From positions 1-55,815 of the forward strand of contig JAVECL010000094.1 of NCBI GenBank assembly GCA_051942245.1: a stretch of DNA of 55,815 nt, written 5' to 3'. Shown here piece by piece: positions 47,719 to 55,815 of this stretch. This stretch comes from Trypethelium eluteriae. Its lineage: Eukaryota. The notes under the pieces were generated by a model. That model was not told where the DNA came from, searched no databases, and saw only the letters and a list, made by a program, of their open reading frames with translations. Within the stretch, counting starts at the first letter, position 1, and each line of letters opens with the position of its first letter. The position numbers and the translations under genes were made by a program.

Positions 47719-49598
47719 ATGGCCGACCAGACCGCCGGCGGCACGAACTCATTGCCGCCGCCACCAGCATCTGCTAATGCACCTGGCCAGCAACAATATG
47801 ACAGTGGCCAGGGGAACGGCCAGAATAATCCATCCCACATGCCGCCGCCTCCTCTGCCACCAGTCATCATTCCTCAGAATACCAACCCGATCCCAACTGC
47901 TATGACATCCCCGATGTCTGGGCAACCGGCTGGTGTCATGTCTCCTACCAGTGCCGGGGGTATGGTTCGCCGCGCTGCCCCAGAACCTAATAAGCGTGCT
48001 CTTTACGTCGGAGGATTGGATCCTCGGGTCACGGAGGAGGTTCTGCGTCAGATATTTGAGACTACAGGGCATGTTCAGAGCGTCAAGATTATTCCCGACA
48101 AAAACGTAAGTAAACTTTTCGTTGAACAACAAAGTACAGTCGCGACCTTAACGCGTCGACGCGAGACTGTCACCTTAGTCCATCCAAATTCCCTCAAACT
48201 GTACCACAATGCGCTTTTCGTAGCTGTATGCTTGCGCTACGCGTGCATGCGCAGTTCAGAGAAGTTGTTCACACTATAACTCCAGTCTCCTCCCCTCCTC
48301 TTTCTCCTCATGTGCTCTACTGTGCACATCTTCAACACCACTCTGATCGATATTAATCCGTCGCTAGTTTCAGAGCAAAGGTTTTAACTACGGTTTCGTT
48401 GAATACGACGATCCTGGTGCGGCAGAACGTGCGATGCAGACTCTTAACGGCCGCCGGATCCATCAAAGCGTAAGCCACAGCCTCCCGTTGCACCGATCTT
48501 GCTAAAAAGGATATGTAGGAAATTCGTGTCAACTGGGCCTATCAATCCAATAACTCCAGTAAAGAAGACACTTCTAACCATTTCCACATCTTCGTGGGCG
48601 ACCTGTCAAACGAGGTGAATGATGAGGTACTACTCCAAGCTTTCGGGGCCTTTGGAGGCGTTTCCGAAGCTCGCGTCATGTGGGATATGAAAACCGGCAG
48701 ATCTCGTGGTTACGGCTTTGTAGCATTCCGTGAACGTCCCGACGCCGAGAAAGCCTTAAGCGCCATGGATGGCGAATGGCTTGGATCTCGCGCTATTCGC
48801 TGTAACTGGGCTAATCAGAAGGGACAGCCTTCAATTACTCAACAGCAAGCCATGGCCTCCATGGGCATGACACCTACCACACCCTATGGACATCACCATT
48901 TTCCTACCCATGGCGTTCAGAGCTACGATATGGTTGTTCAGCAGACTCCAGGGTGGCAGACCACTTGTTATGTTGGCAACCTCACTCCTTACACAACTCA
49001 GAATGACCTGGTTCCCCTTTTCCAAAACTTCGGTTACGTTGTTGAGACACGTTTCCAGTCTGATCGCGGCTTTGCCTTCGTCAAAATGGACAGTCACGAG
49101 AATGCAGCTATGGCCATTTGCCAACTCAATGGCTACAATGTCAATGGCCGCCCTCTCAAGTGCAGCGTGAGTCTCGTCCTATGTTGCTGACTTGAAGATA
49201 TAATGACTGATTAAATTAGTGGGGTAAGGATCGTCCTCCAACCGGCCAATTTGACGGTTACTCTCCCGCCCAAGGCCAAACCCCTGGATACGCGAACCCT
49301 GGTGCCTACTTTCCTCAGTACGGTGGACCGGGCGGTCCTATGTCTCCTCAAGGTTTGTCTCTCTGGTCCATTGGTAGATAGCTTCTCCTAACAATACCCA
49401 GGTCCCAGTCCTGGTGGTCAATTCAACCAGCCTCAGGCTAGCTTCGGCGGACCTCCGATGGGCCAACCGTATCAACAGATGCCTGGCAGTGCTGGCGGCT
49501 TCGGTCGAGGCAACCAAAGTGCTGGAGGCCAGTGGGGTCAGCCAAGCGCTGGCGGTTTTGGCAACGTTGGCAACGGTTTCGGTGGATACCAGGGCTAA
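47719..49598 (+). CDS. PUB1: Polyadenylated-RNA-binding protein Pub1 (TIA-1 family, 3 RRMs, G/Q-rich tail)
   Basis: ALYVGGL, NYGFVEY, EIRVNWA, HIFVGDL, RSRGYGFV, AIRCNWA, CYVGNL, RGFAFV, KCSWGK. Introns 48106-48367 (or 48373), 48470-48518, 49167-49219, 49353-49401. Confidence 0.95.
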
Positions 49599-50897
49599 TG
49601 GCACCTTCTCTTGTGTGGAGCGTTAGGCTGGCACTTGTCTGGTGGAATTTTTTTGTGCAGTGCCTCTGAGCTTCTAGTGGACGACCACGTGTTGGATGAG
49701 ATACCAAACTTGCTGTCATACCCCATTGCGTGCGACCTTCTCGTGTTCTCACTCACTTTTCTACCTTCTTGGGGTTCTGCACCCTGGCTGTCATGGCAAT
49801 TGCTCACGTTGGAGATGGTGGTGGCTTGGAGAATCTTGATGGGCCGGAGCTTTTGTACTTTCGCTTCATCTCTCAGAATCTCGACTACGCGAGATCTTTT
49901 TTCTTCTTTTCTTTAATGAGTGTTGACACCTGCATGCATTGTCACGACACAAAACTTTCTTGTTGATGACCACCTTGTCCACCACTCGGAGGTTCCCTCA
50001 AGCGGTTCACGCACCGTTATGTGGACATATCCGATTCCAAAATTCTTCGTGTATTAATTTTTTTTACTCCTCTCCTCAGGTGTTAGTGTTACTCTCCTAT
50101 GTCAGTAGGCGTTTCGGCTTGACTCCCTTTCTTGCGTCCGAATCTGCAAGGTTGTTTACGCAGGCTAGACCACCTACTTATGACGGCTTCAAAATTATCC
50201 TGGCATAGCGCAGCGCAGTACCATTAGTCATCGTCTATAAATTGACATATCTCGATATCGCTCAAGTTCATATTCTCTTTCACTGCTGAGAACTGCGATC
50301 AATTCGAGGATTCGTCGAACGATCTACTCTTCCATAGAAAGTCATTGACAAGATATCTATTTCAATGATATCCAGACTTTGCACTCAACCGTCAAGGCTG
50401 GCAAAAAGGATTCCCTGGCTCATATTCTAAGAGGCAAAGAATGTCCAACGGTCACCCTGCATACTTGAATGTGGTACAAGGACGTCCCAAGACTTGAGAG
50501 ATCATTAATTCGCACAGCCGTTAAAAATTGATTCCTTACGACTAGTGAACGACTACTGTGATACGCGAGATTACGGTAATCTAAGTCGAGCCTCACTTTA
50601 TCTGCGGCTTAAGGAGCGACTTCCCTGTCTTGTCATTAAGGGAGCTGGTAAAAAATCCACATGCCCATGCCCATCACGGAGGATCTCAAATAGCGTCACC
50701 TCGGGCAGTAACGCGCCTTTTTGGACTAGTGCAATTCGACGCGTCGCTCTATCTCCACCCCGTGTCAAGCTTCACCCGACTTTGAAGATCAAAACACCAC
50801 TCCACACGACTATGTCTACTATCAGAGACCGATGCAGCAGTCAATCTGTTTGCCTTGGGCCACAATCGCGTTTGCCATAGTTCTGTGTGCGTGCTGT

Positions 50898-53650
50898 ATG
50901 CACTTTCTTGTGCGGACGCTGTCCGGCTTTCTGCGCTCGCGTTCGCTGGTTCCATTCCACCACCATCGCAATTTCCGTCACTGGAGCACTCGCACTACTC
51001 ACACAGCCTCTGTAGCTACACACGCTGCAAGAGTCGAATCCACAATGTTCAAAAAGCCAGTGGAGGAGCACCAGGCAGAGCTTGCAAAGCGACTGTTTCC
51101 TTCGAGCAGTCCAACAAGTCCGCCACCCTCTGGACGACCTGCACCCAAGCAACAGAGCCTTGCCGCCTATCCACTTAGTACTGCCTCTGGTAACAAGCTC
51201 GGAACTAATGGATCCAGTACGACAAAGGCTTTTGGCCCACCTAAACCGCCAGCCAGTGCTTCCCACGGTCTTAAACGCACATCAAGCGGTCTTACAAAGA
51301 TCATCCAAAGTGGCGATCCTTTCAAGGAACCTAGTTACCCCCGATTCGGCGCACAGGTACATGGCGATGTAAATAAGGAAAATGCTCAATCAAAACCTCC
51401 CGTACAACCGATGCAGGATATGGTCTACATTGCCGAGGATGACTTTGATGACGAGATCGACCTCGATGTAGAGGATCCAACAGGCAAAGGCTCAATTAGC
51501 TACCCTATCATTCCCTCGCAAGCAGCCGGTTCTCATGTGCATCAACGTCCGTCAACAGCTTCTTCCATCGACTCTGGTTATAAGTCACACAGTTCTCGTG
51601 CTGTCTCAACTTTTGAACCTCCTTCGAATCTGAGCCAGATGAGTCAGTTTGCGTACGCAAAGACTGGTTTACAACAATCAAAAGACTCGTCATCCAATGG
51701 TGATGCTGCTCGACCAGCCAAGCGTCGGACCCTGCCGTGGCTGTCTGAACAAGCAGATAAGGCAAAGATGGCTAAGCCAGGTCAGAAGTCAAATAGTATT
51801 AGGAACTCTTTTACTCCGCTGCCGAAGGATAAGAAAGGGTCATTATATCCGTGGAACACCACTGCTAGTGCTATGAAAGAGCAGCAGAAAAACTTCAAGC
51901 AAGCGAATAAGAGCCTTGTGAAAGCGGGTGAAGGGACAGACCAGTCACGACAAGACGCCGCGAATATACGCAAAAGACAGACTGTGACAAAGGTCTTGTT
52001 GAGCCTTGAACAGAAACACATACTGGATCTTGTTGTGGATAAACAGAAGAGCGTCTTCTTCACCGGCTCAGCCGGAACTGGTAAATCTGTGTTATTACGC
52101 CAAATCGTCCAGGAACTACGCAAGAAATTCATACGAGAGCCTGATCGTCTAGCGGTGACTGCCTCCACAGGCCTAGCCGCCTGCAATATTGGTGGCGTTA
52201 CATTGCACAGCTTTGCAGGGATTGGCCTCGGCAAAGACACTGTAGAGGAGCATGTCAAAAAAATCAAGAGGAACGCAAAGCACAAACATCGTTGGCTGAG
52301 AACAAAGGTTCTTATTGTTGATGAGATATCCATGATAGACGGCGACCTCTTCGATAAGTTGGAACAGATTGCACGACGGGTGCGAAACAACGGTCGACCG
52401 TTCGGTGGCATTCAGCTGGTCATTACCGGAGATTTCTTTCAATTGCCACCAGTCCCCGAGAAGAACAAAGCTGCCAAATTTGCATTTGACGCTGATACTT
52501 GGAATACGACCGTCGAGCATACAATAGGCCTGCATCACGTCTTCAGACAGAAGGATCCTGGTGAGTTCCCCTTACGTAGTCTCGAATGATTCACTAACAA
52601 GTCATAGTATTCGCCGGAATGCTTAATGAAATGCGCGAGGGCAGGCTCTCTCAGCAGTCAATAAATGTCTTCAAGTCATTAGACAGGGAGCTAGACTTTA
52701 CGAATGGTATCGATGCCACTGAGCTGTAAGAACACCCGAGACTCCCTTGCCTGCTTTCACTAAGCAAAACTTGCAGATTCCCCAGGCGGAACGAAGTGGA
52801 CCAAGCGAACAACTCCAGGATGAGACAGCTGGTCGGCGAGACGATGACTTTTGAAGCCCGTGATGGGGGATCAATCAATGATAAAGAAATGCGCGACCGT
52901 CTATTGTCGAACTGCATGGCTCCGGAAAATGTTACTCTCAAAAAGGGGGCTCAGGTTATGCTCATCAAAAACATGGATGAAACGCTGGTCAACGGCTCCC
53001 TTGGGAGGGTTATTGGATTCATGAACGAGGCCACGTGGGATACATACCAGACCAACGAAGATGTATTCCATCGTACACAGGCGGATACTGAGGACGAGAC
53101 CGAAGAGGTGAACTTGAGCCGTGCGGAACGTATCTCGAAGAGCAAGCTCCAGGAGCTTGCGAACAATGGAGCCCCATGCTGGCCTGTAGTCCGCTTTTCC
53201 ATTTCCGATGGGACCACTAGAGACATGCTGTGTCATCGGGAGACATGGAAAGTGGAGCTTCCAAACGGAGAAGTTCAAGCCTCTCGCGCCCAAATACCAC
53301 TTATCCTAGCATGGGCGTTGTCGATACACAAAGCTCAAGGACAGACGTTGGAACGCGTAAAGATCAACCTTCGAAATGTGTTTGAGAATGGCCAGGCATA
53401 CGTCGCACTCAGTCGTGCAACAAGTATGGAGGGCTTACAGGTAATCGGATTCGACCCGAAGAAGGTGTTTGCACACGACAAGGTCAGGGAGTTCTATCGT
53501 AACTTATCCAGAGTCGAGACACGACAAGAAGGAGTAGCTCGGGGAAATAGAGAGATCAGAAGCGGTAGCTTTAGTGCTGGTGACTATGAAGCAAAGTTCG
53601 GTGATCAAGGGTTTGAGGACGCAGAAGATGCAATGAGGGCATATGGGTAA
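50898..53650 (+). CDS. PIF1: Pif1-family 5'-3' DNA helicase, with alternative starts at 50898 and 51045
   Basis: [98 protein letters not shown]. Introns 52561-52607 and 52726-52776. Confidence 0.95.
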
Positions 53651-54291
53651 GGTCACCTAGCCGAGGGTAGCCTTTAGATTTTGCAATCATTGTACCACTT
53701 GTAAAGGGAGCCGAACACCATATGCATCCATAGCTACACACCAATAGTTTCGATCGTGCTCGCTTTCACGTGAAATAATAGGAGGGAATGTCAGTGTTGG
53801 TAGCCGATCGTTCTACCTGCATAGATAGACTTGGGATACCTCCTGGTGGCATTTGAGTGATACTGGCTTTGATAAGGAGTTGGAGGGACTAGAATTTCCA
53901 AGAAGTATAAAAAGGTTGAAAGGATACGCAGCTGCCCATACGGGACGATAGTCATGTCTCCCCTGTACAAGTCACCAGCCTTGAAAAAATTTTTGGCGAC
54001 CTAACGGCCCGGGAATACTGTCAATCCCTGATAGATCGAATTCTTGATGAATTGAGTGAGAAAGATCTGAGGTGTGGATGAGGGAGAAGTGAAGCAAAGC
54101 TTAACCTTAGGAGGCGTCTGATTGTGTGGTGTAACGTTGACAGCCCTCTTCTGCACGATCCTGCCACAAAACAGAGCAGTGGCGCAGCTCAGACAGAGGG
54201 CTTCCTGAGAGCGCTGACTTCTGTCCATTTGAATTGCTGTCTTTCCAAACCTCCATGAAGGTCGACGCCTCCCAATAAGGCTGCAGACGCC

Positions 54292-55815
54292 ATGGCGGAC
54301 AATTTCATAGGTCTTACTGTTGCTGTGACGCTCAACGCGCCGCCACACCTCCAGGCACAGGGTCTCGTGGCAAACGTCTCCGGCCGTACACTATACCTGC
54401 AAGATGGTAGGAACCTCTGTTGACCCATAGCGCTTCATTGCTAACATTCCTCCGCAGTCTTCTTCCCGGCGACTGGTGAACGGTTGCCAAGTTATAATAT
54501 CGATGGCTCCCAGATCGCCGACATACAAATTCCTTCCGGCTCCATTCCCCAATCTCCGCTGCCAAACCGTCCAAATTTGCAGCAAACCTCAACTTCAGTG
54601 AATCTGAGGGGTGGCGCCGCATTAGCAGCCTCAGATTCGTATCTCGCGCAGGCCCAGAGCTCTGCCCTGCTTCCCGCCCAGCCGCCTTCAAGACAATCTT
54701 TTGTTGATCCTGCAATCTTGAGCTTCACCAAAAAGCCCGATGCGTTTTCTGGCCTAGGCATCTCTCAAGCCACAACTGGAGCATCCGAGGTCGCGCATGA
54801 AACACCTGCTACGCCAGTCAAGCCATTTCCCTCCACAACATCAGGTCGATCCCCTCCAGTTGAGTCGCCGTTCGTCGGTGTACCGAAGCAGCGACAAGCT
54901 GCAAATGAGACACCAAGGAAGAAAAGCCATGTAACAGCTACTCTCACAGAACCCTTCAATGAACTGCGACCGCCTGCAGAATCGGATTCTCCGGACGACA
55001 CAGATTACGCGGCAGGAAAGGGGAACAAGGGCAGGCGTGACAGTGCGGCCACTGCGAAGCCCAACGAGAACATCCAGCAAGATGGAAAGGACAAGCGGAA
55101 GAAGAGAGGAGTGCGAGGGTCGAAGAAGAAGAACAAACCGGCGCAGATTACAGCCATCCAGGATAGGACATTCGATAATCCGGAGACATCGCCAGAGGCG
55201 TTCAGGAAGCAGAAAGGGAGGGCACAGGGCAAGAACATGGTCAATCCAAAGACTGGCTGGCGTGCCACACCGATTCTGGAAGAGTCACCACGGGTACCAG
55301 GCCTCATTGGCGGCAACGTGGCCCGAGAAGCTGCCTCGGCTTCGAAACAGAAGAATAAGCGACAGAAGGCAATGGAAAAGGAGGCCGTGAGAAATGGATG
55401 GGCTACAGAGGATGCTACCGATATTCAAGAACTTGGGGATTTTGACTTCGAGGGCAACCTTTCCAGGTTCGATAAAAGAAGCGTCTTCAATCAGATTAGG
55501 AATGAAGATACAACGGCGGATGAAGACCGTCTAGTCAGTCACAATCGTCTTCCACAGGCCAAGCCTGGCACAAACGGAGGCAAGAATCTTCATCCAACGG
55601 AGAACGTACTGGACCAGACCAAACCAGCAAACCACAGTGACCGCTGGTCCTCGTCGTCCTTCCAGTCCATCGTCGACGACACCTATTCCCGCCGTGCGCC
55701 CTCCCTCACCTCAACGAAGCGCCTCCCCATCCGCACCAGCAGCTTCCCACAAGAGCTCCACCACGACACCTCAAGCCTTCCCTCCACCTCCCGCGCAACT
55801 CGCGCCTCCACCACC
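54292..55815 (+). CDS. EDC3: Enhancer of mRNA decapping Edc3 (LSm and FDF domains); 3' end runs off the window
   Basis: N-terminal LSm (MADNFIGLTVAVTL...IADIQI), intron 54407-54457, FVDPAILS, GWATEDATDIQELGDFDFEGNLSRFDKRSVF...RLVSHNR. Confidence 0.88.

Noticed and set aside
47028..47777. 249 aa + strand ORF upstream of pub1
   Set aside because: Low-complexity translation of promoter repeats and a pyrimidine-rich 5' UTR; out of frame with Pub1 and without domain features.
1..55815. tRNA, 5S rRNA, CRISPR arrays, intact transposons or Starship captain
   Set aside because: No cloverleaf or box A/B pattern, repeat-spacer array, transposase, RT or tyrosine-recombinase ORF recognised by eye. A tRNAscan/Infernal run would be needed to exclude small RNAs.

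Overview
Gene-dense, intron-containing DNA from a filamentous ascomycete (Pezizomycotina). Short GT-AG introns have CTRAC/CTAAT branch points. I could build exon structures by eye for about 20 protein-coding genes. The conserved core genes are dihydroxyacetone kinase, SmD2, an Ams2-type GATA factor, a transglutaminase-like protein, a Zn2Cys6 protein, a Clb3-type B cyclin, the DHN-melanin tetrahydroxynaphthalene reductase, SurE, a DUF1749 hydrolase, an HGT1-like sugar porter, a Med2-like protein, Pub1, Pif1 and Edc3. Two blocks look accessory. The first (~1-8.9 kb) holds a PTH11-like receptor, a TpA-rich relic, a frameshifted and truncated CYP505 pseudogene, and an intact HeLo-like/NACHT/ankyrin NLR. 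The second (~37.7-45.6 kb) holds a cupin, an alpha/beta hydrolase, a second PTH11-like receptor, a family III CoA-transferase and a PTS1-like barrel protein. The signals least explained by the annotation are: (i) repeated ~1 kb C-rich to G-rich skew-inversion domains that override codon usage whatever the gene orientation; (ii) a foldable multi-stem RNA element in the long first intron of pub1; (iii) the NLR and its decaying neighbourhood. I recognised no tRNA, rRNA, CRISPR array or intact transposon. All calls rest on motif recognition, with no database searches.
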